This document shows, one piece after another, positions 25,700-37,310 of a stretch of 64,000 nucleotides of DNA. The DNA is from Chiloscyllium plagiosum (lineage: Eukaryota). Position numbers and translations under genes: made by a program. Position 1 is the stretch's first letter. Every line of letters begins with the position of its first letter. Location of the stretch: positions 33,635,839-33,699,838 of the forward strand of contig NC_057736.1 of assembly GCF_004010195.1 (NCBI RefSeq), read 5' to 3'. The notes below the pieces were generated by a model that did not search any database, had not been told where the DNA came from, and worked only from the letters and a program-made list of their open reading frames with translations.

Positions 25700-26487
25700 T
25701 CAGAAAAAAAAGGAATAGGAATAGGCCATCTGGCCGTGGACCCTGCTATGTTATTCAATAGGATCATGGCTGATTCCATAATCATCAGGTCCACATTCCT
25801 GCTCTTTCCACCTTACTCTTGATTCCCCAATTGATTAACAATCTACATAGCTTGAAATATACGCAAGGACTGTCACCATAGGTCACTCTGGCAAGTGTTT
25901 TAAGACTCAAAGGAGATTTCTTCTCATCTCAGTTTTAAACTGGAATCCTTTTATTCTGAGACTTTGTCCTCTGGTCCTCGACTCTCCCATGAGGGGAAAA
26001 ATCCTCTCAGCATTTACCCTAGCAAGCTCCTTAAGAATTCTACATACTTCATTGAGCTCACCTCTCATTCTTCTAAATTCCAAGTATGTAGAGTCCAAAC
26101 CTTGTTTAACCTTTGCTCATAAGACAATCCGTCCTTACCAGGGATCATCCTCATGAACCTACCCTAAACTCCTTCCAATGAAGTGATCTCTTTCCTTAAA
26201 TAAGGGGATCAAAATTGTTCACAGTACTCCAGATGTGGTCTCACCATCAGTTTGTACAGTTGCATTAAGGCTTCCCTACTCTGAAAGGAAGGACAAACAT
26301 TCCATTAGCCTTCCTGATTACCTGAGGTAGCTTTCTTGTTTGTGCACTAGTATCGTTAAGTCCCTTTGTGTTGCAACTTTCTGCAGTTTCTCTCCATTTC
26401 AATGATATTCAGTTGTCTTGTTGGCCCTTGCAAAATAAACACATTATCCTCCATTTGCCAAATTTGTGCCCACTCACTTAACATTTC
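25700..26487 (-). mobile_element. CR1 LINE 3' portion
   Basis: ORF shows LEFRRMRGEL.EV.RIL and GESRTRG; CR1 3' UTR at ~25700-25860. Confidence 0.85.
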
Positions 26488-27199
26488 TGCCTTCCATGAA
26501 TGTCAGATGCTATGTGCACAAGCATGAAGACTCAATCTTCTACTTTTAAAGAATTCCTGCTTTAAGAAGTGGTCAATAAAATAGGGGTCAAATGGCAATG
26601 CTGCAGGGAAATTGATTTAGAAAGTGAAAAGCCTACAAAATGCAAGAGGAACACATTACCTAAATACATTAGGCGTGTAAAAAGAAGGTTCACATCAAAT
26701 GCCTGTGGCCAGTTTATCCTTCCAGTGAATTCAAATCATCACTTGATAAGTACCTCAGGGATGGATCTGGTTTTCACTGATGCCAATTCTTAACAGTAAA
26801 ATGAGGCAGTTCCTGCTGACTTTGGGAAAGAATCCAAGTTCTGTTTGTCATTCTAAATTAGATTCAACTCAACTGACCTTATAAAAATATTTCATACAAT
26901 CTTTGCTGATCAACTCAGTGCGATATTGCAGCCAAATATTTCACCGGGGAGAAGCACACAATTGAGGAGGGGATGTTCTTATGACAAGTTGTCATGGCAC
27001 TATTCACAACTCTACAGAAATGTATCCCAATGGGCAATAACATAATGGCAGCAGTTGGTGGGTAAGATTATTGTCATTTTCCACTTATTGAAGGGGGAAG
27101 AAATGGAAACATGCACAGATAGAGACTGAGATGTTTTATTTTCTGCTGTGTTTAATGCAAGGGCATCCTTTGCAATCAAGCACAACTCAGTCTGTGATT

Positions 27200-27310
27200 A
27201 GGGATCTTGTTTCTGCAGTGGTAGTGTCCCTTTGCGGGCCTGAAGACCTCAGTACAAGTCCCGCCTGCTCCAGAGGTATGTCACAATATGTCTGAACAAG
27301 CTGAGGAAAA
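27200..27310 (+). mobile_element. Short tRNA-derived SINE (other copies at ~37868-37962 minus and 61631-61735 plus)
   Basis: Three colinear ~105-bp copies with A-box-like GCAGTGG, B-box-like G.ACAAGTCCC and a CAGAGGT.TGT.A.AA.AT tail. Confidence 0.6.
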
Positions 27311-27407
27311 ATGTAATTTCTCATCTGGGGATTATCAATTCCCATTCTTCTCCTTTTCTTTTGAGGATAATTTCAAACGGGGACAAGGCATGGGCAGTGT
27401 AAGGGGC

Positions 27408-27757
27408 TGGTGCAGCACATTGGACTAGTGGTTGGCACTGCTGCCTCACAGTGCCAGGGACCCAGGTTTGATTCCACCCTTGGGCAACTGCCTGTGTGGA
27501 GTTTGCATAATCTCCCCGTGTTTGCACACACTTCCACTGGATGCTCCGGTTTCCTCCCACAGTCCAAAGTTGTGCAGGTTAAGCAGATTGGCCATGCTAA
27601 ATTGCCCATACTGTCCAGGAATAAGCCGGCTCGATGAGTATGCCATGAAGAATGCAGGGATACAGGTCGTGGGGTGGGTCTGGGTGGGCTGCTATTTGGA
27701 GGGTCAGTGTGGACTTGATGCACTGAATTGCCTGCTTCCACGCTGCAGGGATGACAT
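27408..27757 (+). mobile_element. HE1-type V-SINE, older copy
   Basis: Colinear with 20950-21268. Confidence 0.88.
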
Positions 27758-28207
27758 GACCTGGTGGGAGAGGTTTCAAGAGAGCAAGTAAACCAAGCTA
27801 TTGTAATCTCGCAGAGCCGCAGAAAGCATGGCCATCAACACAGCAGCAACTCTATATGTCCACTCAGATTGAAGAAATCTGTGATTTCACAAAAATCTCA
27901 CCGAGGCAAAAAATACAAATGTTAAAAAGAATGATGATCAAATTGGACACATCAGAATATTAGAATGCAGGAGTATGATTCAAATGATGTGTGTTTAACA
28001 GCTGCCACTGATGCAAACAAAGGTCCTTGTAACAGCGGCAGAGGTCATATGACAACGACAAGTTAGTCCAATGAATGCAATTGCATTTCTCCAAGCATCT
28101 GCTTTGAATATAAAAACATACGTGCAGTATCATTTGCAGTTACCAATTACCCAAGCTGCTTTATCACAAAGAAATTATCCTTCATTAACAGAACTGTGTG
28201 TAATGCT

Positions 28208-28305
28208 GTTCTGATGAACAGCCACAGACCCAAAACGTTAACTCTGTTTTCTCCCCACAGATGATGCTGAGTTTCTTCAGCAAATCCTTTTTTAGTTTCA
28301 GATCT
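28208..28305 (+). mobile_element. Family-B Penelope cassette, degenerate
   Basis: gttCTGATGA at 28208-28217, then AAAACGTTAACTCTG and the family-B tail. Confidence 0.65.
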
Positions 28306-29047
28306 TCAATATTCGCTGGGCTTTATTTTATTATATTGATGTGTATCTCTCATTAGTCCACTTCCATTACTTGATGTGCATACGTTGTACACAGAGGATA
28401 AAATGTTAACCTCCCTGGTTGTGGAGTGAGCAATGGTGAGAAACGTATGTAACACTTTGAGGTTGAAAAAATAAAACTTTCTACATGAGCTTTTTTTTCC
28501 TGATTTTCCCCTCAAGTAGTAAATGACAACTTCAAAATCTTAGTATTGAGCAGCGACTACCTTATTTCCATATGTTTACCTCTCCTTAAAGACCCAACTA
28601 ACCTTATTTATATGCCACTTTTAATGCTCTTCTCTTCCAATGAGAAACTAGACATTGTAAAATCCTGACATCTATGTCAGGGCAGATTCTTGATGGTTGC
28701 AACTTGTTGACTGTTTGTCTTTGCCCTCACGTAACTGCTTATTCACAACAATGACTCACCATGCTCCATGCCCACCATCCTTCTCGGTCTTAAATCTGTC
28801 GAGTCGCTATCAGCAACCACCAGCCTCATCACATCATTGTGCCTGCTCTCGAACTCAATCCCATAACAATTCAATCCTCTCTAGTTTACTTTGGAGCTCA
28901 GGGGAACCTATGACTTGCTTGCTTCTGCCAGGTTGCTATGCACACAGCATACACATATATCTCATGCTTTTTTATGACTCACAGCTTGCTTACTTAGCAC
29001 TCTCTCCATTTAATTGCTTATCTGCAGGCTGCCAGCTCCTATACACT

Positions 29048-29355
29048 CAGAGTCATAGAGTCATACAGCATGGAAACAGACTCTTCAGTCCAAACAGTCC
29101 ATGCCAACCATATTCTCAAATTAAACTCGTCCCACCTCCCTACACTTTGCCCTTATCCCTGCAAATATTTCTTATTCATGTACTTATCTAAATATCCTTT
29201 AAACATGTTAACTGGACTCACATATGTCACGTCCCCTGGAAATCCATTCTACACACGAACAACTCTGTGGAAAAAATTGCCTCCCCCCCAGCCATGTCTT
29301 TATTAAATCTTTCTACTCCCATCTTTAAAAATATGCCTCTTAATCTTGAAATTCC
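29048..29355 (-). mobile_element. HER1/CR1 3' end
   Basis: (AGAGTCAT)n tail and CAGCATGGAAACAGAC motif, as at 14388 and 44088. Confidence 0.85.
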
Positions 29356-29615
29356 TAACAAATTCTGTACTGTTCTTTAGCACACATGCGTTGACTTCAA
29401 CACTGACTTGCAACAGAGAGTTATTCCTACTTTGAGTGTAGCATCAATCAGTTTGCATTGAGAACCTGAATGGAAGTGCAGTTGGTTATCCTTGCAACCC
29501 AACACGGTTTCCAAGTCCAGTCTCTGTGGCAGCGACAATAGTGAGACATCAAAACCTGTAAGGACTTGTGTTGTTAAGACCATAAGAAATAGGAGTAGGC
29601 CATTCAGCTCCTCAA

Positions 29616-29705
29616 GATTAGTGTGGTGCTGGAAAAGCACAGCAGGTCAGGCAGCATCTGAGGAGCAGGAAAAATTGATGTTTCAGGCAAAAGTCCTTCA
29701 TCAGG
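29616..29705 (-). mobile_element. Family-A Penelope cassette
   Basis: Minus strand CTGATGA-AGGAC-TTTT-GCCT-GAAA-CATC (29704 to 29677) and the family-A tail. Confidence 0.75.
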
Positions 29706-30499
29706 TCGAAACAGACGGTGTGTGACTCCCATCAATGTCTTCTTTCTCTTGCTGTTTTTTTGCCTCCTCCCAAATGAACACTACATCATCTGAGCTGAGA
29801 TCATTTCTCAGAACTATCCTCATTTTATCTGTCATGAACAGTGCTATCCAACACCTTTTCCATCCCTTCTATCTTTGTCAAATGCCTCCGAATGTGAGGC
29901 TTCCAGTTTTGATCACCTTTTTCAGTAATGACGATGAGGTCATATTAACTTACATGGATTTATTGCAAATACTTTGTACATTAATGTACGTTTAAGTACA
30001 TTAAGGTACAAAGCTCTTATGTTTGTTCTATTGTCAAATGTCCCGACACTTTTATGCTTCCATGGAGCAATATAGTTAGAGACAAAAAAAACTACAGATG
30101 CTGGAATCCAAAATAGATATGCAGGAGGCCTTGATGCTGCCTGGCTTGCTGTGTTCTTCCAGCCTCCTGCCTGTCCATGGCGCAATGTGACATTCATAAA
30201 TTCTGTTCCTTCTTTTTAATTTTGGATAACAATTAGCCCCATCATTAACTTGCAATTCTACCTTCTCATTTACCTTTGACTTTATAACTTTCCATGTAAC
30301 TGACTCCCACCCAACCCCCACACAGTTTAGTTTAAAGCTCAGTCTACTGTTCCAGTTACATGATTCACCAGGACTCTGGTCTCAACATGATTCAAGTGGA
30401 GGACGTCCCATTGAAACACCTCCCTCCGGCCCTCATACAGATTCCAGTGTCCTCATCAAAACCCATTTCTCTCACACCAATGTTTGGGTTTATTTATCC

Positions 30500-31345
30500 T
30501 CTTGGCATTTCATTATTCACCTTCAACTTCACTTTCAAGAGATTTAGGACCATTATCTGGAGACACTTTATTTCGGTCTGTGCAGCTCATGATGTTACAT
30601 GAAGCAGTGGTGTCTATCTGACAATTCATGGTCACTAAATACTCTCCTTCTGCAATTACAAGAGTCACAAAGTATTCTGCACCTTTAGAGCACATGATGC
30701 TGACTTCTTGTATGGTGTAAAGTGATTTGTCAGAATTATCGGCCGTTTTAGGTCCAGGAGATATCTTTATCGATTTGATTTGTTTCTTTTCAGCTGAACA
30801 CTTTTGTGCAAAATGATTGAGATTCTTACAGTTACAGTACGACTTTCTCCATACTAAACATGCTTCCTATTTTTGTGGGTTGCCTTCCACAATATTTGCT
30901 TTCTGTTCTCTGGCCTTGATCTTTCTGCTAGTTTTTCTGCAAGTACTTCTTTTGTCCAAACCTATTGTCCTCCTGGTATTAATCCCCAGTTAATGCAAAG
31001 CCTTGATTGTTTTGCAAAAAACACATTCTACTGTTGATTGACAAGTTTGGAGACTCTTATAAGTAACTTTAACATTTCCCAGCAGGTATATTCTCTTAAT
31101 TGCTGAAGATAATCTTAGTTCTGATTAGATAATGTTCAGTTATCTGATCTCAGGAGATTCAGGTTAAATTAATGTGGTCAATATCGTCAATAGTCCTCTT
31201 CTTTATTGCAACCCTGATGCTGAACAAAGTTCATAAGTAGCATTGTGGAAGGTTGAAAGTCTGTCTTCAAAGCCTGGAGAATATTTACTCTGACTTTTCT
31301 GCTCCTCTGTAAGACGCAGGCTACAGTGCAATGTGTGGCATTCAT
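30500..31345 (-). pseudogene. Ty3/Gypsy gag-protease remnant
   Basis: ORF 30513-30695 has CQIDTTASCNIM (DTGAS protease motif). Upstream on the minus strand is KYCGRQ...CNCKNLNHFAQKC, a double zinc-knuckle pattern. Confidence 0.78.
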
Positions 31346-31624
31346 TCAGCAGCAATGATAAAAGGGTTGCAACTCCTTTATGTCTAGGTTTCGTTAAAAA
31401 TAAACAATGTTGTTATTTCATAATTTTACCATTGACAATGAAAAAAAGTCCAATGCTCTCTCATTCTATTTTCATTGATACGCCAACAGGCAGTGACAAA
31501 GACATACCTATTTTGATTCACCCAGTAATTTAAGGCTGTACATTGTTGTAGTTTTTTTTTCTTTCTTTTTATAGCTGTCTCTCTTACAGTTCTGAAAATC
31601 CTCACATTTACAGTTGACAACTTA

Positions 31625-31968
31625 TTTTCTTTCTTTTTTTGTACGATGTGGGCATCACTGGCTTGTCCAGCACTTATTATCCATCTCTAACTGCTCAGAG
31701 AGCAGTCAAGAGCTAATATTATTGCTAAGAGTCTGGAGGCACAAATGGGCCAGACCATGTAAGGATGGCAGATTTTATTCCCGAAAGGAAATAGTGAACA
31801 GGGTTTTTATTTAATGACGGTAGACAATGCATATATGGTCGCTGCTAAAATAACTGTTTTATTTCAGTTTCTCACTGAATTGAAAATACACCATCAGCCT
31901 TGGTGGGATTTGAACACAAGTGTTTGAACTTGGGGCTCTGTGTTACTACACCAGTGACATTACCACAA
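31625..31968 (-). mobile_element. MetaSINE-like tRNA SINE, degenerate
   Basis: Reverse complement is colinear with 32159-32526 (GATGTGGGCATCACTGGCT..CCAGCA.TTATT tail). Confidence 0.72.
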
Positions 31969-32027
31969 TGAGTTACAAGTCAGGAGTAGAGGTCATATGA
32001 CCATTCCAAGCCAGTCAGAACACCAAA

Positions 32028-32665
32028 TATCATAGAATCCCTACAAGGAAGAAACAGGCCACAACCCTCTGAAGAGAATCCCAACCAGTCCCACTCCCCC
32101 TACCCTTTCCCTGCATTTCCCATTGGTTGCACATTCCTGGACAATATGGGTAATTTAGGGGAGGTGGTGGCCTAGTGGCATTATCACTGGACTATTAATC
32201 CAGAGACTTGGATAATGTTCTGGGGATCCAGGTTCGAACCCCACTATGGCAGATGCTGGAGTTTGAATTCAATCAAAAAAAGTTTGGAATTAAGAGTCCA
32301 ATAGTGACTATGAATCCAGTAGCGATAATTGGAAAAACCCATCTGATTCACTAATGTCCTTTAGGGAAGAAAACTGTTATCCTTACCTGGTCTGACTTAC
32401 ATATGACTCCAGACCCACAGCAATATGGTTGACCTTTCACTGCTCTCTGGGAAATTAGAGATGAGCAATAAATGCTGGCCTAGCCAGTGATGCCTTCATC
32501 CCATGAATCAATAAAAGAAAAAAAAATAGCATGGCCAATCCACCTAGCCTGCACTTTGGACTGTGGCAAGAAACTGGAGCATCCGGAGGAAACCCACAAA
32601 GACAGTCACCCGAGGGTAGAATTGAACTTGTGAGGTAGCTGTGTTAACCATGGAGCCACCAATCT
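32028..32665 (-). mobile_element. HE1 V-SINE split by a younger SINE
   Basis: HE1 reverse-complement sequence ...GGTAATTTAG|CATGGCCAATCCACC resumes after the insert. Confidence 0.8.
32159..32526 (+). mobile_element. Full-length tRNA-derived SINE with MetaSINE-like central domain and A-rich tail
   Basis: A box TGGCCTAGTGG, B box GGTTCGAACCC, core CCCATCTGATTCACTAATGTCCTTTAGGGAAG...GACTCCAGACCCACAGC and poly(A). TAG is duplicated at the flanks. The family name is from memory. Confidence 0.82.
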
Positions 32666-34421
32666 GTCCAATTACAAATGCATTTGCCCAAACAAAGTTA
32701 GGGTTATGTTGCATCCAGAAACCATTAGAACAATAGCACTAAACTATTTGCCGATGGTTAGTGATTGGAAGGGAATGGTCCAAAATTCTACTGGTATTCT
32801 CAATATTGAATTGCAAGCAAAATCAATGGATTACTCAGAGAAGTGGCTTTGAAAGCAACAAACAAGCAGGAATATCATTTGCTTGGGTTTTGTTAGTCTC
32901 CTGTTGAAGCTATGCAGCGCAATTAGGTGTCCAACTGCAGGAACTCCATAAATCTGAAAACATGGAAGCATCCCCTATCTGACAAAGGGCAGAAAGGAAG
33001 ACAACCTTTACCAGCTAGCCTAGCTAAACTTCAGGCATGATGCTTTAAAATATATTGAAAGGGTACATTGACCAAAAGCGCATTTTCGACATGAATATAT
33101 TATATTTGCAAAGTTACAATGCCAAGACATTAAAATATCCTCATGCTAAATTATTGCATGTATAATTGAATTAATGCCACATGACAGACATGTTGCCCAC
33201 GTGAGCGTATGCATCTTCCAGATGCAGATTTCAGGATATTACCATTACACCAGGATATCTGCACTTAATTTCATTTGTGAGAAGTTTTACTTTCGCAAGT
33301 GATTTTTATGACCTGTAATCTATGTTGGTCATTGAAACATGGGGGCAAATGAATCCAAATTTACAACTCATTTCTCCCAATCAAACCTGCTGGAGCAAAA
33401 TGTGGAAAATTTAGTGAATGATTGTTAATTGATCAAGTTACATTTTAACGTACCAACATACAAAATGCAACTGAGAAATAATTCTGTTCCAGATATTTGT
33501 TGGACAATGAATCCTCATCACAGCTCATCGTGTAGAGTCACTGTCACCACCTCCTCTTCAGATAAAGCTCTTGGACTATTGCTGTAGAAGGAAGCCACCT
33601 GGTAGTCTAAGAAGAAAACCCTTTTGTCTCAAATGAACTGTAGTTTATTGCATAATATTAATGAGGCATAAGTGACTTTGTGAAAATGAGTTTTGTTACT
33701 GAGGCTAAGAGTAAGATCTCAAAGTTATATCTTGCTCACTCCAAAGCTGTCCCACATACACACAGTCCATGTGTCATCATCATAGGTGGGGCTGAATGAC
33801 ATTGCTCATGAGAAAAATGTAAATTCATGCTATAGTTCAGATTCTAATGAAACATGATCAGAATAAATTTGAGCTAAAAACAGATGCAGTTAAGAGGAAA
33901 GATCTGATTGACACTGTTTTTGAAGTGCAGCTGCCTTATTTTCAGTAAATTACTGATTGAATTCAACTTAAATTTAGCCGCACAAGGCACATAAGTTGGA
34001 GAGTAGAGATTATGCTCTGGCAGCAATTGGTGATTAGGGCACAAATTCCAAAGTTTGCATTGTTTTAAAGAACTTTGCCACCAGCTTGCACACCCACATG
34101 ACTCCCTCATGGAGGGATTTTCACAAAAAAAAATCTTATTTGCATATCACCAACTGGAATGATTAAATAGCATCATAAAAAATAGTTTTTAAAACAAATA
34201 TTACTTCCATAAAATATTATTTGTGATATTTCGATGTGGTCAATTGGTAAAGATTCATTAACCCAGCTGAAAAAGAGTTTTATTATAAGAAAACGTATGT
34301 AAAGTTGATGGGCAAATTTGATAACTGCCTGAATGATACTGGCTATGGTGAGAAATATGGCAGAATCCCACATTGGGAATCAGGCTTTTAGCTAAGTTCA
34401 CATTGTTAGGTGAGGTTATTG

Positions 34422-34628
34422 TTGAAGAGAGTGGTGCTGGAAAAGCACAGCCGGTCAGGCAGTATCCGAGGAGCAGGAGAGATGACATTTTGAGCAGGAT
34501 TCCTGATGAAGAGCTTATGCTCGAAATGTCGACTGTCCTGCTCCCAGATGCTGACTGACCAGCTGTGCTTTTCCAGCACCACACTCTTCAACTCTGATCT
34601 CCATTGTCTGCAGTTCTCACTTTCTCCG
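34422..34628. mobile_element. Penelope family-A cassette with inverted arms, 14-bp TSD
   Basis: AGGTGAGGTTATTG at 34408-34421 and 34629-34642. CTGATGA-AGAGC-TTAT-GCTC-GAAA-TGTC at 34503-34530. Confidence 0.88.
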
Positions 34629-34694
34629 AGGTGAGGTTATTGCTTGCTAATGAACTTACTAACTGACAATTGGCACAAACCAATTCTTTCTCCC

Positions 34695-36820
34695 GGATTG
34701 CTTTGATCCATTATAATTCACCTAATGGCACAATAGGTTCATAGCAGGCACCACCTCCCTGGCCCTACATTCATCTGACATCTACATCAAACTCCTTTTG
34801 ATTGACTTGAGCTCCACCTTCAACATCATCATTCCAACCAAACTCATCTCCAAGCTCCAAGGCCTAGGAATCTGCTCCCTGTTCTGGAATTGAATCCTTA
34901 ACTTACTGACCCACAGATCGCGATCAGTAAGGAAGACGACGACACCTCCTCAGACTGCAAGGCTGCATACTCAGCCCCTCACTATACTGCTTATACACTC
35001 ATGACTTTTGTTGTGAGACTTGAAAGGGTTCAGAAAACATTACAAGGGTGTGGCCAGGATTGGAGGGTTTGAGCTACAGGGAGAGGCTGAATATAGGTTT
35101 GCTCACTGATCTGGAAGGTTCATTTTCAGATGTTCGTCACCACACTAGGTAACATCTTCATTGAGCCTCCGGACAAAGCACTGCTGGTGTTTCCTGCTTT
35201 CTATTTATATGTTTGGGTTTCTTTGGTTATCCAAACCCAATGAACCTTCCAGCTCAGTGATCAAACCTACAACCAGAAGCTCAACCTGAGCTACAAATCT
35301 TCTCAAAACTTGCTAAGAGGCTGAATAGGCTGGGGCTGTTTTTCCTGGAGCATCGGAGGCTAAGGGGTGACCTTATTGAGGTTTATAAAATCATGAGGGC
35401 ATGGATATGGTAAATAGTCAAGGTCTTTTCCCTGGGGTAGGGAGTCCAAAACTAGAGGGCATAGGTTTAGGGTGAGAGGGGAAAAATTTAAAACAGACCT
35501 AAGGGGCAACTTGGTCACACAGAGGGTGCTGTGTATATGGAATGATCTGTCAGAGAAAATGGTGGAGGCTGGTACAATTACAACATTGAAAAGGCATCTA
35601 GATGGGTATATGAATTGGAACAGTTCAGAAGAGTATGGGCCAAGTGCTGACAAAGGAGATTAGATTACTTTAGGATATCTGGTCAGCATGGACAAGTTGA
35701 ACCGAATGATCTGTTTCTGTGCTGTACATCTCTATGACTCGATGACTCTATGACTGTGTATCCAAATCTGCTCTAACTCTGTGTACAATTTTGCTGATGA
35801 CACCACTGTAGTGAGTCAGATCTTAAACAACAATGAGACAGTATAAAGAAATAGAGAGATTAGTGGCATGGTATAAAGACAACATTCTCTCCCTCAATGT
35901 CAGCTAAATTAAGGAGCTGGTCATCAACTTTGGGAAGTGGAGTGGAGGACATGCCCCTGTATATATATAAATGGTGTTGAGGTGGAGATGGTTGAAAGCT
36001 TCAAGTCCCTCAGTCACCAACAATCTGTCCTGGTGTATCCATGTCATTGCTACAGGCAACAAAGCACACCAATGCCTCTATGTTCAAAGAAGGCTAAGGA
36101 ACTTCAGCATGACCACAATGGCTCTTTCCAATTTTTATAGATTAACCAGAGAAAGCATCCTATCTAGATGTATCACAGCTTGGTATGGCAACTGCTCTGC
36201 CCAAGACAGCAAGAAATTAGATAGGAAAGATTCAAAAGGGAACTGAGGGGCAACATTTTCATACAGAGGGTGGTGCGTGGATGGAAAGAACAGCCAGACT
36301 AAGTGATGGAAGCTCGTACAATTACAACATTTAAAAGGTATCAGGATGGATATATGAATAGGAAGGGTTTCGAGGGATATGGGCAAGTGCTGGCAAATGG
36401 AATTAGATTAGGTTAGGATATCGGGTCAGCATGGACGAGTTTGACCAAAAGGCCTTTTATCCATGCTGTACATCTCTATAACACTAGTTGCAAATGAAAT
36501 CCAGTGCATTATGTCAACTCACCTCCCATCCATTAATTCCATCCAAACTTCCTGCTGCTTCCAGAAAATAGCCAACATAATCAACGACCCCAATTATACT
36601 CTTCCATTGGGCAGAAGACCCAAAAGTTTGAAAACATATACCATTAGATTCAAGAACAGCTTCTTCCCTGTTAAGGGCTTCTCATATACTAGAAATCATC
36701 TTTTCCTGCACTTTCTCTATAATACCATATTCTGCATTCTGTTCTATGACCCTGATGTACTCACATAAGGTATAATTTGGCTGGATATCATGCAAAACAA
36801 TATTTTTCCCTATACCTCAG
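34695..36820 (+). mobile_element. Rex1/Babar LINE carrying nested HER1 3' ends (~35015-35755 and ~36216-36480)
   Basis: RT motifs LLLIDLSSTFNIIIP, FADDT and ESILSRCITAWYGNC, interrupted by LRGDLIEVYKIM and WNDLSE segments that end in (CTATGACT)n. Confidence 0.85.
35094..35315. mobile_element. Penelope-derived cassette (family D) with inverted arms, 12-bp TSD
   Basis: AGAGGCTGAATA at 35082-35093 and 35316-35327. Minus-strand degenerate core aTGAAGA-T-GTTACC-TAGTGT-GGTGAC-GAA-CATC. Confidence 0.75.
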
Positions 36821-36821
36821 A

Positions 36822-37310
36822 ACATAGAGTCAAAGAACTTCAAAACAGACAACCAGACATCCCAATCTGACCACGTTCAATTTGCCAGCATTTGGCCTCT
36901 TTCCCTCTAAACACTTCATATTCAGGTACCCATCTCAATCCTTTTTAAATGCTGTAATTATACTAGTCTCCATCACCTCCTCTGGCAGCTTGTTCCATAA
37001 ATGCACCCCCGTCTGCGTGAAAATGTTACCCCTCAGGTCCTTTTTAAATCTTTCCCCTCTCACCTTAAACCTATGCCTTCTCATTTTTGGATGCCCCCAT
37101 CCTAGGAAAAAGACCTTGGCTTTTCACCTATCCATGCTGTTCATGATTATATAAACGTCTATAAGGTCATCCCTCAGCCTCCGATGCTCCAAAGACAAAA
37201 ATCCCCAGCCTCTTCCTATATCACAAACCCTCCAGTCCTGGCAAAATCCTTGTAAATCTTTTCAGCACCCTCTCAAGTTTAACAATTTCCTTTGTCTAGA
37301 AGGACAACAA
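36822..37310 (-). mobile_element. HER1/CR1 3' end
   Basis: Reverse complement of the 35330-35750 sequence (AAGGTCA.CCCTCAGCCTCCGATGCTCC). Confidence 0.85.

Noticed and set aside
235-31345. Gypsy integrase (235-1450) and gag-protease (30500-31345) as one element
   Set aside because: They are on opposite strands, 29 kb apart, with no shared LTR pair.
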